Of a DNA stretch of 64,000 nt, positions 25,900 to 39,930 are shown piece after piece. The DNA comes from Felis catus (taxonomy: Eukaryota), in NCBI RefSeq assembly GCF_018350175.1, contig NC_058373.1:109308001-109372000 (forward strand), given 5' to 3'. The position numbers and the translations under genes are program-made. A model generated the notes under the pieces. The model was not told the origin of the DNA and ran no database searches. It saw only the letters and a list, made by a program, of their open reading frames with translations. Positions within the stretch are counted from its first letter, which is position 1. Each line of letters starts with the position of its first letter.

Positions 25900-27145
25900 A
25901 CTTTCCAAAAAAGTTGTGTGTTCCCATTGGTTCCATCTTCTCAGCCCCTATTCATACAACTCACTCCTATCTAGTTCTTTCCTTACCACTCCAGGACAAA
26001 CAAGATCACCAACAGCCTCTACATGTTACCAAATCCAAAGGATGCTTTTTATTCATCTCACTTGACAATTCAGAAGCCCTGGTAACCACTCCTTAAAATT
26101 TTTCAATCTCTAGCTTTCATAAAATGACTGTCCCCTGGTTCTCTGAACAGTCCTCCATTTCCTTTGCAGGCTCAACATTCTTTATCCAGTAAGTAGATAC
26201 TAGAGTTTCTCCACATCAGTTCCTCTTATACTTCACCTGTCTCCATAGATTCCGTAACTCATTAGTTTATATCTTCAAACCAGACCTCTTTTGTAAATTC
26301 TAGATCTTGATATCCAAGTTGACATAGATATCCTCTAAGATATCTTTAGTGGACCTCAATATAATAGGCCCAAGACCTTTCATTCCCCCAAATCAGGTGC
26401 TTTTCCAGTGTTTCCTATCTTAGACAATGGGATCACCATCCATGCAATTACGTAAGCCAGAAATCTTGGAGCCATCTTTCAACATCCTTCTCATTATCCT
26501 TGTACTTAATCCATGACCAAATCCTATTAATTTTATGTCTTCAAATTTTCAAATCTCTCCATTTCTCTGGATCCTCGCTACCATCTCCCAAATCCAAGCT
26601 TCCATTATCTCTCCCCTAGATCACTCCAACAGCTACCTAATTGTTTTACACCAACCCTGAGATTTTTTCAATGGATTGTCCATACTGAAGCCAAAGAGGT
26701 CTTTCCAAAATTCAAATTGATTCATGTCCTCTACACTGATTTTTCTTATGTTTTTGTAAGCTTCAAGTTCTCTCCCATCATAGGGTCTTTTAACTTGTCA
26801 TTCTCTTTGCCTAAACACCAGTCTTTTCCTTACTTATATGATTGATACCTGCAGTTAGTTAGATCTTAACTCAACTGTCATGACCTCAGTAAATCTTTCC
26901 CTGACCTTCTGACCACGTCATCCCTAATAGTTCAGACATAATGCACCTCTTCCTCACAGCCCTTATCACAGTTACAATTTTATACCTATTTGTGTTATGA
27001 TACAATGAATGCATATCTGCCTGTTGGGCTGTAAGCTCTATAAGGACAAAGGCTATATCCATTTTGGTCCCATTTTATCCCCCTGTACCTAACATGGTGC
27101 CTAGCACATAGTAGATGTTTGCTTGTTGGTTGACTATTATCAATA
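25900..27145 (+). mobile_element. L2 LINE fragment
   Basis: Pyrimidine-rich L2-like body ending in GTAAGCTC...GTGCCTAGCACATAGTAG. Confidence 0.7.
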
Positions 27146-27449
27146 AACACAGGAATTAATATATTCATGTGAGATTTCTTTATATAATTGATATCATGAA
27201 ATTTAGTATGCACTGCCTCTCTAAATACTTTACATATGCTACTTTTTAACTTCTTGGATAATGTAGTCCTCAGGATTCTAAATTTTGTGCCTACTGTGCC
27301 CACAAAAGTTTCAGTATAGTAATTATTTATTGATTGAAATAATTGCCTGTATCCCAGGAAACAGAAACCAAAGGTTCTAAAAACGAACTACCATAAACAT
27401 GAAAAGTCCTACTGAGGGAGGCTTTCTCTCCCCAAGAAACTAATCAAAC

Positions 27450-27700
27450 CAGTGTTTTTCAAACTTTTTTTAAGTTGAAGCTCATAGTAAGAAATTAATT
27501 TTACATAGTATCTCAAAACATGTTTACACAGGTGCACACATGCACCTACACAAACACGTAACTAAAAAACAATTTCTCAGAAAACACTTACCATGAGAGG
27601 TCCTCTTTTTTTAACTCTATCTCAATTTTTTGGTGTGCTAGTCAGGACCCATTAAATCAATTTTATACCCTGAAGTAAGAGTTCTATTTCACAACACCCT
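27450..27700. mobile_element. Charlie4-like hAT relic
   Basis: CAGTGTTTTTCAAACTTTTT terminus and AGTAAGAAAT..TTTTACAT motif (recalled). Confidence 0.5.
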
Positions 27701-29550
27701 AAACAGCCCCAAAGTCTTGCAGACCTCCCTCTGTCATAAACAGACTTGTTTTCAAGACATTTGTTAGGCTTTGGATTAGGAGCTCTAACTGTTCCCAGTT
27801 AACTCTGCTATTAAAAATATTAAACTGCTCCCATCATACCATTTTCAATAATGAGAAAATTAAGACTCCAGCTCGGAAGGGCCGAGCTATGATCATTCAT
27901 TTATTGTTGATATATTACTTCACTTATACTCTAGTAACTCCACGGAATAACAAAATCAAAGCAACCTTTAGCAGAGCCCAAACTCTGTGCTAGGCATCGG
28001 GACAGATCATCTACCCGTTATCTACAGATTATCGTACCCGTTTTCTCTAATCTGGAAAACAACTCCTTTCTGTGATGAGTCAGACACTCATCAAGACCAG
28101 ATTCTCCAGGAGCAGCAACTACAACAGAGGTTCCCTACATTCTAATTCTTGACTGAGGTATTTGCAGATTCAAACTTTTTTAGGTAGAATTGTGTCTTTT
28201 TTTTTCTTTTGCTGGAATAGAAAAGTAGGAAGTCTAAGAATGAAGTCCTAAATCAACTCACGGGAGGGAGGATTAATTGTCATATTAGCTTGAAAACAGA
28301 GTTGTTCAGAGGAAAAACAAAACTCCACAGAAATTGGAATCAATCCCATTTTTCATAATATATACTTGATTTTAACCAATAAACATAGGATATGGACTAT
28401 TCAGATATTTACCAGCTACACATTTGAGTATTCGCTTACAGATTCAATCAGACCTGACAACTCAGAAGAGTTTTTTTAAACCAACTTAAAGATTAACAAA
28501 TAGTCTAGGGAATATGGCGTCCATTCATCTTTATGCTTCAAGTTTGATATTATCCATTTAGACCATCAGAGCGTGAAGTAACTCTGTGTTCACTAGCCCT
28601 TACCTCAAGGTCTTAACAATTGCACATTAGCGATATGTGCTCTGGGTTTATGGAGGACAAGCATAAGAACTGCTTTTCTCATTTCTGAAGGTTTTATAAA
28701 ATTGTAATTGAGAAAATAGCCACAGTGCTAGGTACTTCATATAACAAGTTATCAACTGGTAAATATTCATAACAATCAAATTACCACAAAGAGCCCTGTT
28801 CCCAAACTTTCTGCCAACACTCAGATCCCTTCTCAATACTCCCAAGGGAGCTACTCCAGAAAACCTGGGGAGTTTTTATTAGGTTATTGGTTTCCTCACA
28901 CACAAGCTGGAGACAGCAATACCTACCACTCTGGGTAGTTTATGGAGATGAACTAGAGTAATGAAAGAAAAATCTTTATAAACCAACTATTGGAGCAAAA
29001 AGCCTTTATTAACTAATAATTGTTATTATTTATTATGTACAAGATTCTTGTACAATTGTGTCATATATGCAGACAGAGCATCCTATGTGTGAGTTCTGCA
29101 TATGTGTGTACAAGCAATGAACTAGAAAAAGGACATAGATATTTAAATAGTGACCCTGCAAACCAGAACCTATAAAAATTGTATTTATCACTGAAATACA
29201 CTAAATACACTAAACTACAAAATTAAATATTAGGAGGAGAGGGGTGGGGACAAAAGAAGGGGAAACAGATTTCCTTTTCATGTCAAAGGTTAAATTAGAT
29301 GAAAACTGATAAATACTAAATAGACTGTCCAGGATCTTCCTTGGGATATTTGTCTATTTGTTAATTGAAATACAATTTGTGAATCTGAAACATTCACACA
29401 ACTGTTCCATTTCCTATACTCATAAAAATTATTGTTTTAGTGAATGTGAAATCTGGTATTATTAACAAACATTAATAACAGGATAGCAAATTAATTAAAA
29501 TTGTTTCCTGAAAATTTTTAATTTCTTTTGGCTTTAAAACACGGTGGAGT

Positions 29551-29772
29551 GGGGTGCCTGGGTGACTCAGTTGGTTAAGCGTCTGACTTTGGCTCAGGTC
29601 ATAATTTCACGGTTCGTGGGTTCAAGCCCTGCATCAGGCTCTGTGTTGACAGCTCAAAGCCTGGAACCTGCTTCGGATTCTGTGTCTCTCTCTTTCTCTG
29701 CTCCTCTCCCATTCATGCTCTGTTTCTATCTCTCTCAAAATAAATAAACACCTAAAAATATATATTTTTTAA
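29551..29772 (+). mobile_element. CAN-SINE
   Basis: SINEC head, body and tail. Confidence 0.92.
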
Positions 29773-29924
29773 TGGTGGGGAAAGCAACCTGGCAACCGAG
29801 AGATAACTTCTCCACAAAGGTGATGAGTTGCAAATCTTGAAAGTGAGACCAGTTAAGAAGTTTTGGAAACACAAAGCTATTAAGTTAATTGCTCAGAATT
29901 CTTGGTGACCACCACCATCCTCAT

Positions 29925-30286
29925 TGTTCTGGACTGAATGTTTGCGTCCTTCCAAAATTCATATGTTGAAACCCTAGCCCTCATGTGAAGGCATTAGGAG
30001 GTAGAACCTTAGGGATGTGGTTAGGATTCGAGGTCATGAGGGTGAAGTCTCTCATGAATGGGATTAGTGCCCTTGTAAGAGACACAAGATAGTCTGCCTT
30101 CTCTGCTGTTCTCCACGTTGTGAGGATACAATAAGAAGTCAGCTGTCTGCCACCAGAAAGAGAGTTCTCAGTAGAACCCAACCATGCTTGATCTTGGACT
30201 TCCCGCCTCCAGAACTGTGAGAAATAAAATAAAGAAGCCACCAGATTTATGACATCTTGTTAGAGTAGCTCAAACAGATTAAGATA
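29925..30286 (+). mobile_element. MLT1A-like MaLR solo LTR
   Basis: TG..GGACTGAATGTTTG start, AAAATTCATATGTTGAAACCCTA, CCTCCAGAACTGTGAGAAATAAA. Confidence 0.85.
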
Positions 30287-30789
30287 TTTATCAACCAGTC
30301 TTGCTAGGGAAACCAGTTCTGATTTGTCCTCACAACCCTTGGCACACCAAGAGCCATGAATTCTGGAAAATTCAACCTTCTTGGGATCCAGACTGTTTCA
30401 GTCCTTGAAGATGTTTGCATGCATTTCTTGTCCAAATGATTCAAATACGCACTATGTTCCTGCATGAGGGGCCTAAGAATCAGGTCATTATCTCTACTGG
30501 GTGGTGGCAGTCTAGTACAGCATTTCAGAAGCTGTAATTCTACACATGAGCAGATTCTCAAGAGAATCCCTGCAAGAGGCTAAGCCTTGAAACATCTCCT
30601 ATTCTTTTAAAGACCATTCAGTGTTTTCTCAGAGATAGACATGAAATAAAACAAGCACTCTTCCCTGAAGGGTTAGAAGGAGGTCAAAAAATAAATCACA
30701 AGACCCTGATTCACAATGGCCCAGTAGGAATCATTATGAGTTGCTCTCAATTTTGATTCCATATTTAATGGGGATGAAGATTGAGGAGA

Positions 30790-31240
30790 ATTGGAAGGGG
30801 CCCCAGGAGTTACTCATTCCAGGCCTCACCCCTCAAAGATTCTGTTTTAATAGGTCTGGGTGCGATCCAGGCACCGGTATTTGTTTTTAAATCTTCTGAG
30901 GTGGTTCTAATGGAGCCAGAATGGCTACTGCAATAATTCCCAAATACTGGCGGCTGCCATAGAATCCTGTCATGAGTGTCAAAAATATCAAAAATGAAGA
31001 TTGCTAAGTTCTAATGCGGACACACTGAATAGACTCCCTAAGAAGAAACACTAAAATACAGCCACTGAAGGCAAGTCCCATGCGCAGCTAGCTTTGGGCA
31101 ACTGACCTAGTACTTTGCTACTCAAAGTGTGGACCAGAACCACCTGGAAGTTTGCTAGCAATGCAGACTCCAGGACCCACCACAGACCTGATGAATCAGA
31201 ACCTGCATTCTAACCAGATCATCAGGTGATCTTCAAGCCC
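30790..31240. mobile_element. Cluster of MER5-like relics
   Basis: GATTCTG..TAGGTCTGGG and CTACTCAAAGTGTGG..AATGCAGA..GAATCAGAACCTGCATT motifs. Confidence 0.6.
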
Positions 31241-32939
31241 ACGAATGCACTCATCTTACACTTGCTTTCCTTCCTTTCATGGGTGGGAAAGCAGACCAGG
31301 AAAGTGAAAGGACCCAGTGCACACAGGAAAAAAGTGTCTGGTGGGGGACAAACGCACAGCCAGGCCTCGCTGACTAAGGCTTTCTATCCTATCACAGTGT
31401 ATTTTCGAACTGCTATCTAAGCTTTGGTTTTGCTTTGTTTGAACATAAAGGACGCACTTCCTTGTTACAGCACCACTTCTTCGGATAATAGGAAAATAAC
31501 CACATTCTATGTTACTGCATATTAATGCCATTTCTAAAGGAGATCATGTACAAACTATGAGGTCAATAGTCTTGGCCGATAGAAATTTCCCAAAGAAAAG
31601 AAGTTATATTTGATCAATAACAACAATATAAAAGTATGGGAGATATTCCTTCCCTTTCTACAATTCCAGAATTGTAGCAATTCCAGAAAAGCAGTGTTTT
31701 CCTATGAGCTGCTCCATCACTCCCTTTATCTGACATGATAATACAGGTTTTTGTTTGTTTGTTTGTTTGTTTTGTTTTTAAGAAAACTATACCCTTCTGT
31801 GGTCCACAAATTCCACAGACATTAACAAAGTGAAACACCTTTTGGGTGTTACAAAAAGTGTAACCTTTTGGGGGGTTAAATATCTCTCCCTCTTGGTCTC
31901 TTTCTATTTCTCTCTCCCTCCCTCCTCATCCCCTCAACTTTCTTTGCAAGATGACCCTCAGAGCCCTAGCACTGAGAAGTTTTCATACATTTTAGGAAGT
32001 GAGGAGACACACGAATTCCAGAGTACTGAGGAAGAGCGAAGACACCAAGTGGGGCTGAGAAAGGAAAAGCACTTCACAAAAAGAATCCACAAACACTGAA
32101 CAAAACACTTTCACTACGGTATAGTTTTTCCAAGGTCTAGGGTTGCCTCTGAAGGCAACCGACAGGATTTTCCCTCTGACTGTATTCATTTAGTCCTTAC
32201 TTTGGAGAAGCACACCACCCAGAAACTGGGGCTCTTATCCTTACTAGGCTGAAAGCCTTACTACCCAGGACAGAGCCCCTCCGACAGAGGTTCTGTGCAG
32301 GTGGAAGCCCAGAAAGCTAGCTGAGAGCTATTTCAAGCTGCTCTCCAGATCCCAGGGGCCTCTGTGGAGAAGGGCTTGATCACAGCTGCTCAAAGCTTCA
32401 ACTTCCACTCCACCCTCCAAATCTTCTGAATCAAAGAGCTAAAGAATGCACATTCTGAAAATCAATGACCAAAGAGGGTAATTTGAAGCTTAAAAGCAAC
32501 ACAATAAAATCCACGTAGTAATTGCTAACGTTTTCCAAAAGACATTGGCTAAAGAGGGCATTTCAACAATGCTTCTTGTCAAATGTTCACTATAAATGTA
32601 AGTTTTGGTTTGGGATTTTGGTTGTATTCAAAAATGTACTTGGTTTCTGGTCTAAATCAGCCTCTTATGAAAATCTGAAGCTACCTGTTTCTAATCCACA
32701 AGGACAACCAGACCAACCAAGCTAATTACCCAGCCTGTGATACTCTTTTCTGAACTTCTGTAAGTAGAGTACAGAAGTCCCCTCTGTACACAGTCACACT
32801 GAACTAAGCCCCCCTTGCCTTCATTTGTCTTCACTTCAAGGGAATGAAAGGGAGCTAGATGAAGCCAAGATGCAGGTGATGTCCAGAGTTTTATTCCGAA
32901 GCTGGCTCTCAGGGAAACCTTCCCTACCTCTATCTATAC

Positions 32940-33690
32940 TCAGATGCTCAAGGCGAAACCCAGAAAGGCATCCTTCACACCTCTTCATTTATGCCATCCA
33001 ATTCACCACTAACCCCTAATAATTCTACCAGTGAAACATGCATGTCCAATGCATCTACTTCTCTCCATCTCTACTGCTCCCAGACCAGCCCAAGCCACCA
33101 TTATCTCTTGCCTGGTCTAGTCCAACAGTCTCCTAGCTGGTCCCCTACTATGACTCCTCCTCCTTCTGACCTAACTTGTTGTTACAAAAATAATCCTTAT
33201 GACCTGAGTGGAGATTTGTCCACTGCAGTTGGAATACAATGCAAACACCTTGCCCTGAAGAGCTAAGCCCTGACTTTATCTTTTTGTGCTCACTGCAATC
33301 CAACCACACTAGCCTTTGAACTTCACAAACTTGGCCCCACATTTTCTCTGTCTCTCCTTAGGACTGTTCACCTGTTTTCTCTTCACCTGAAATATTTTTT
33401 TCTGCCCACTTATCATCTAGCTATCTCTTACTTTGGTCTCCACTTTACACTACTGTCTTAGAAAGACCTTCCCTGACACCATCTCCCAATTGAAATGAAT
33501 CCCTGTATACTTAGTTACAGCATTCTTTCCTTTTCTTCACAGTGCTTACCACAATTTGTAATTATATATTTGACATGGGTTTGTCGAATACCTTTCTCCC
33601 CTACCAGACTTCAAGTCCCCTGAAGTCAGAGACCATGTCTGTTTGTTCATCACTGAATCCCCACAAGTGTTTGTTGAATGATCAAATCAA
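32940..33690 (+). mobile_element. L2 LINE fragment
   Basis: L2-like body with TGTTTGTTGAATGA 3' end. Confidence 0.65.
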
Positions 33691-33729
33691 ATATAAAAAT
33701 TCTGATTTCTATTTAAAGTCATATAATCA

Positions 33730-33945
33730 GGAGCACCTGGGTGGCTCAGTCAGTTAAGCATCCTACTTCGGCTCAGGTCAAGATCTCATGGTTTGTCAGT
33801 TCGAGACACATATCAGGGTCTGTGCTGACCGCTCAGAGCCTGGAGCCTGCTTTGGATTCTGTGTCTCCCTCTCTCTCTGCCCCTCCCCCACTTGCACTCT
33901 GTCTCTCTCTCTCTCTTTTTCAAAAATTAACATTAAAAAAATTTT
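33730..33945 (+). mobile_element. CAN-SINE
   Basis: TSD AAGTCATATAATCA. Confidence 0.93.
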
Positions 33946-36048
33946 AAGTCATATAATCAACAAACAATAATTAGAACAAGGCTGGACATTGTCAAGAATA
34001 TAGATAAGGACCGTGCTGGGTATTTTTCTTCAAAGAACTGACAATTCTGAAAAAAAAAAAAAATCAGAGGTTCCTAGCAGATTTCCCTGCACCCTGGAAA
34101 CTTGAAAATTTAAATCATGAAGTGTATATTACTTTTTAAACTTGTCTTCTGGGTGAGTGATATCTATAGATACATTTAAGTTTCATAGAACAGTAACAGC
34201 AGAACAATCCCCAAAGCACATACAGCACATGTTATTTGGGTTAAATACCATCCTGGCACAGATGGCTAAACAAAAGCATAAATAACTTATATGTCATATC
34301 CACATCCACAACATTGATTTCTGGGAGATGCATTGCTCACTTCCACTATGTAGTAACAGAATATAAAGCTGGTCTCTTTCCTGTTCTTACAAATACACCT
34401 TTACCCTATAGCTCTATAGCAAGGGAATGTGTGCATATGTGTGTGTGTAGACACATACACTTTGTACCTTCCACAATGAGACTAATTATTATATAATAAT
34501 ATTGGCAACATTAGGCAGACCATCACTGTGAGAGTTTGAAATATGCAAAAAAAATCTGTTAATTTATTCATACTTGTTCAGCTGTCATCAAAGATAAAAA
34601 TATGCCTCCACTTTTCATCTCCTTCAAGATCAAAGGTACATTTTTAGGTTTCTATGTTTCTTTGATGGCATTAACCTCATCATTTTTCCATCTAGCCAAA
34701 GTGGCTCAGAATACTTGAGATTGTTTAACACATATTTCTAAAATTTTAATGGTAGGAATAATAGCAATTTTGTTATAGAAAATATTTCTACACACTGACA
34801 CACAAAAGAATTCCCAACAATTCAAAATTTCTACTTTTGATAGTCGGTATTTCGTTCATGAGAAGATGGGTTTCTAAAAAGTGTACTGGTCAGAATTATT
34901 AGGAGCAAAAGGTAACTGCAGTAATGACCTGTATGACTCATGTTTCAGAATACAACAGAAAACCTTAACCCTGACATAAATAATGATGACTTTTTACGGA
35001 AGTTTATTACAGTGAAATTTCTTAAAATACCTAAAGCCATAAGACAGTCACTAGTTACATAATCTTGGACAAAAGCTAAATCAGTCAAAATGTATTTATC
35101 AGGGGGGAAAAGTGTTACATATTTAATGGTTAAGCATCACTTTTAAATCTTGCAAATAAACAAACCTTGTTTTTGCAAATGAACTGCATCTGTTCTAAAG
35201 GGATTATATATTTTCTTTGAAGTTAACCTTTTAAGGCAATCAACACTAATGGCTAGATAACTAATGAAGAATTCCAATTAAAAGATGAGTGTAACCTGCA
35301 CACCTGGTAGAAATACAGAAGCGAGGCTTTTCTGAATGCATTTACAATCTAATTAATTTTCTAAAGCTTTGTTCTATTTTCTTTCCTACTATCTATGCAA
35401 TAGGAGCTAATTGTGCAAGGAAAAGATACAGATCACAAATTCAATTCAATTCTCTCCTTTGGCCAGATTTCACTGGGCCAGTTACAAAAAGCCTGACATT
35501 TCTGCCTTCTTCTTTGGCCTCTGCAAGCACTGCCAGTTACTGAGCTAAAAAGTACTGATGTTTCTTTGGCTCTAAATAGTAGTTTTTTTGTTGGAGGGAA
35601 GAGTAGTGTTTGTTTGTTTGTTTGTTTGTGGTTTTGTTTTTTTTTCCCCCCCAAAGAAGTAGGCCCTTGGTCAAGTGAGTCCAAATGCTTTAAGCTTAGA
35701 CTCATCAATTTATGACTTAAAATCTCAACTACTTAATATTTTGTTTTCTTCAGGTTAAAAAAGGAAGGAAGAAAATCTTCCCTGCCTTACCTTATCTAAA
35801 GAAAATAGGAAAAGGTGAATATTTATTAAGCCCTTACCATGACAAGGTACAGTACAAGAACTGCTACATTTATGGCTTTGCTGAGTCTTTCCACCAACTT
35901 GCCAGGTAAGACTTCTAATCCTACAGAGGCCCAGTGTTTCACTATGGGTAAGGGCTCCTGTTACCAGGACAGGAGTCTCTGTCATCAAGATGGAATGCCT
36001 TTGCTCTGTGGAAAGCACTGTTCCCTGAGCCTTAGAAATGTCCCCATA

Positions 36049-36264
36049 GCGCCTGGGTGGCTCAGTCGGTTAAGCTTCCAACTTCAGCTCAGGTTATGAT
36101 CTCATAGCCTGTCAGTTCGAGCCCCGCGTCGGGGCTCTGTGCTGACAGCTCATAGCCTAGAGGCTGCTTCGGATTCTGTGTCTCCCTCCCTCTCTGCTCC
36201 TCCGTCACTTGCGCTCTCTCAAAAATAAACATTAAGAAAAGAAAGAAAGAAGGAAAGAAAGAAA

Positions 36265-36316
<52 letters not shown>
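36049..36316 (+). mobile_element. CAN-SINE whose tail has become a (GAAA)n microsatellite (~36236-36316)
   Basis: SINEC body followed by ~20 imperfect GAAA units. Confidence 0.92.
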
Positions 36317-36317
<1 letters not shown>

Positions 36318-36774
36318 CCCCCACAGAGTCTCAGAAAGATTGCATGTTACTTTGATTATGGTTGCTCTAGGAGAGAGAAGGACTGCTTTAGAAATGAATG
36401 AGGAGAATGTATCATACCTTTCATTCCTCACACAGAGATAAGACATTTTGTTCCTGAGCGCAGTTAATGAAGCAACTCTTCTTTCCACCTGTAAGTCTTT
36501 CTTTGGTTCATCATATCTACATACATTGGCTTCATATGATGTCAGTTGTGGACATGTTTCATGCCCTGAGATAAATCAGTATAGTTAACTGGCATGAATT
36601 TACTTACTTTGCACACAAGTGCTGTGTAGTAATAATAACTAAAAACGATATTTAGTCATTTAGTAGTAATAACTAAAAACAATAACTAATCTGGTTAGAA
36701 AGCAAGACTAATATTATACTGACCTGGAAGTCAAAGAAGACCCTTGGGTTTCTAAACTAAAAGACTAAAATTAA

Positions 36775-37095
36775 CAACAACAAAAAAAAGTTTTTATTTG
36801 AGTCTAGCTGCAACACACAATGTTGTGTTAGTTTCAGGCGTACAACATAGTGATTCAACCTCTCTATAAGTTATGCTATGATCACAAGTGTGGCCACATT
36901 CTGTCACCATGTAATGCTATTACAATGTCATTGACTATATTCCCTATGTTGTAACTTTTATTCCCATGACTTACTCATTCCATAAGTAGAAGCCTGTATC
37001 TCCCACTCACCTTTACCCATTCTGACCATCCTTCTATCCTCCTTCCCTCTGACCACCATCAGTTTGTTCTGTATTAATTTATAGGTCTGATCCTG
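36775..37095 (-). mobile_element. 5'-truncated L1 3' end (L1MA-late / carnivore type)
   Basis: TAGTTTCAGGCGTACAACATAGTGATTC motif; TSD CTAAAAGACTAAAAT on both sides. Confidence 0.8.
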
Positions 37096-39247
37096 CTAAA
37101 AGACTAAAATATTAGAGACACCTTTGACAGAGATGGGGAAACAGCAAAGCACGTAAGTCTGTTTGAAGCTAAAACTGATGATAAATTCAATTCTGGCCAC
37201 ATTTGAGGTTTAGATTACTTGTGAGAAGTACAGGAAGTATAAGAAGAGGCCACTAGAAACACAAGACTGGGGCACAGGGAGGAAAAAGTTTAAATTATGA
37301 CAGAGGACAAGCTTGCTCTGTAAAGGAGGGTGCATGTGTGTAAGAAAGATGGTTGAAGTTTGAACCTGGAAGACTATTCAGTCTTCAGGAGAGGGGAGGG
37401 AAAGACAAGGGACAGGGCAGGGAAAAGAGGAGAGAGGGAACAGGAAAGCAATAGAAAGGGACTAGAAAGAGAATCCAGGAAAAAGGGCAGGAGAAAGTAC
37501 AAAGTCATGAAAGACAAAAGTGAAACAAGTGTCAGAGAGGGTAGCGGAGCATAGTGTCGAACCCTGCGAGGTCAGAAAAATACGGACAAATGAAAGGGCT
37601 TTGGATTCACAAGAAGACTCATTTGTAATCTTCTAGGACATTTCAACATTACAGACAGAAATCATTTGAAAGAAGTGCAAAGGAAAATGGTGACCAAGAA
37701 TTAAAGACATCAACTACAGATGGTGCATTCAAAGATTCAAACATCCAAATGATAGTAGTAACTAAACGCACGGATACTGACATAGTATTTGTTGTGTGCC
37801 AGATACTGTTCTCAGTACTTTATATATACTACCTCATTTAATCCTCACTCCAATACCATGAGCTAGGTACTCTTATTATTGTATGTTACAGAGGAGAAAA
37901 CTAGGGAAGAATAAGCAAGTTATAGTGCTAGCCCCTCACAGGAAAAAAAAAAAAAAAGAAGCATTATTTCTATCATTGTGCGTATTATGTATCCCCAGAA
38001 CTCAGATCCGTGCCTAGCACGTAGGAGACAATCAATAAATTTTCGTTTCAGTAATGAATTATTAACCAAAAAGAATATGAATGTCAAGCAAAAGGATGGG
38101 AGCTGTTTGTAGGGGACTTTATTCTGGAGCCACTTAACCCTGGTTGAAGAACTCTTCTATTCTCTCAATGCTGTAAATATATGGAAATAAACTCATTGTG
38201 CTTTAATTGCCCCAAATAAAAAATATGCCGGCAGACAGAATGATCAGAAAAGATCAGGATAAGATCTTACAGAAAAGATCAGGATAAAGGTTAACTCCTC
38301 CCCTCAATTCAAGTGAGTTGTCTGATTTTCAGTTAAACTTGGTGATCTGAGGCTGGCCCTGCCATCTCTAAAAAGCCAAAATCCATTTCCTCTCTTCTGT
38401 GGGATACTACACAGAACCACAGGGCAAAACTCACTCAGAAGATACTTAAACTGCTAAGGATGGGTTCCCAAGGACAAAACTTGCCATCTCCTAACTGCAA
38501 AATTGTTTCTTAACAAAATTAATCAGAATCTACAAATTTCTCTGTGGTTCTTTCTTATATAAAAGAGTCTAGCTTTTAAACTCTTAGAGGGTAGAACAAG
38601 AGCAGTAGAAAAATTTTTATCTGGAATAGGAGATGAGCATGAGAAGACTTCTACGTTCGCCTCTCGTGCTTGCACGGGTCCCGTGTGAGTTGCCCTGTAC
38701 GATGCCATTTCTGCTTTCAGATCTACCCATTGACTGGATACCTGAAACTATGCAATTACTTATACAAGCTTACTTAATAGACTTAATCAGCATTCTTTTG
38801 GGGGAAAAAAACAATTATGGACTTGTTTAATTTAGGAGACAAAATCAAAAGACATTTATGCAACTAGTACTTGGTGCTATGTACTCTTCATGGTGGAAGA
38901 TATAGAAATACGAGTCAGGTATGACCCATATCTTTAAGGAGCTTAGTCCATATAGCAACATGTTCATGACTTTCTAGTTATATGTCATTACCTCCAGGGA
39001 CTGCTATAACCGTGCACCTAAGCTCATATCTCAAGTAATAGGACTTCATATTTAGTATGTATATTTCTCTAATAGGAACAGACCCCGAGAAAGAAATCCA
39101 TTTCAATAATATTTCAAATAGCTTTCAACCACTCTTCCTTTCTAATTTTTTTATTGTTCCTTAATTAATTTTTCTACCTTTTCCATATGAAAACGTAATG
39201 TATTTCAAAACTACTATCTTTAATTTTTCTATTTAAAACTAATTTTG

Positions 39248-39480
39248 GGGGCGCCTGGGTGGCGCAGTCGGTTAAGCGTCCGACTTCAGCCAGGTCACGA
39301 TCTCACGGTCCGTGAGTTCGAGCCCCGCATCAGGCTCTGGGCTGATGGCTCGGAGCCTGGAGCCTGTTTCCGATTCTGCGTCTCCCTCTCTCTCTGCCCC
39401 TCCCCCGTTCATGCTCTGTCTCTTTCTGTCCCAAAAATAAATAAAAACGTTAAAAAAAAATTTTTTTTTAAAAAAAGAAT
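39248..39480 (+). mobile_element. Young felid SINEC_Fc-type element
   Basis: CpG-rich; TSD TAAAACTAATTTTG. Confidence 0.95.
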
Positions 39481-39707
39481 AAAACTAATTTTGTTTGGGA
39501 CATTTTGAAGCATCTCCCAATATTTGGTTGCTAATCCTACGAAAAAGAAAAAGAAATTCCTGAAACCAAGATTCAGACTTCCTGATTGACAAGAAACAAA
39601 ACCTCTTAAAGTAATATTATCTCCAACCCTATTCTGAGGGAAATTCAATAAGTTTGGAAATTTTCAGAGAATGTTTGTTTTAGCTCTGTATTTTATTTTA
39701 AAAGTTT

Positions 39708-39930
39708 GGGGGCACCTGGGTGGCTCAGTCAGTTGAGCGTCCGACTTCGGCTCAGGTCATGGTCTCACGGTCCGTGAGTTCGAGCCCCGCATCAGGCTCT
39801 GTTCTGACAGCTCAGAGCCTGGAGCCTGTTTCAGATTCTGTGTCTCCCTCTCTCTCTGACCCTCCCCCGTTCATGCTCTGTCTCTCTCTGTCTCAAAAAT
39901 AAATAAACGTTAAAAAAAAATTTTTTTTAA
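39708..39930 (+). mobile_element. CAN-SINE
   Basis: SINEC head, body and tail. Confidence 0.93.
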
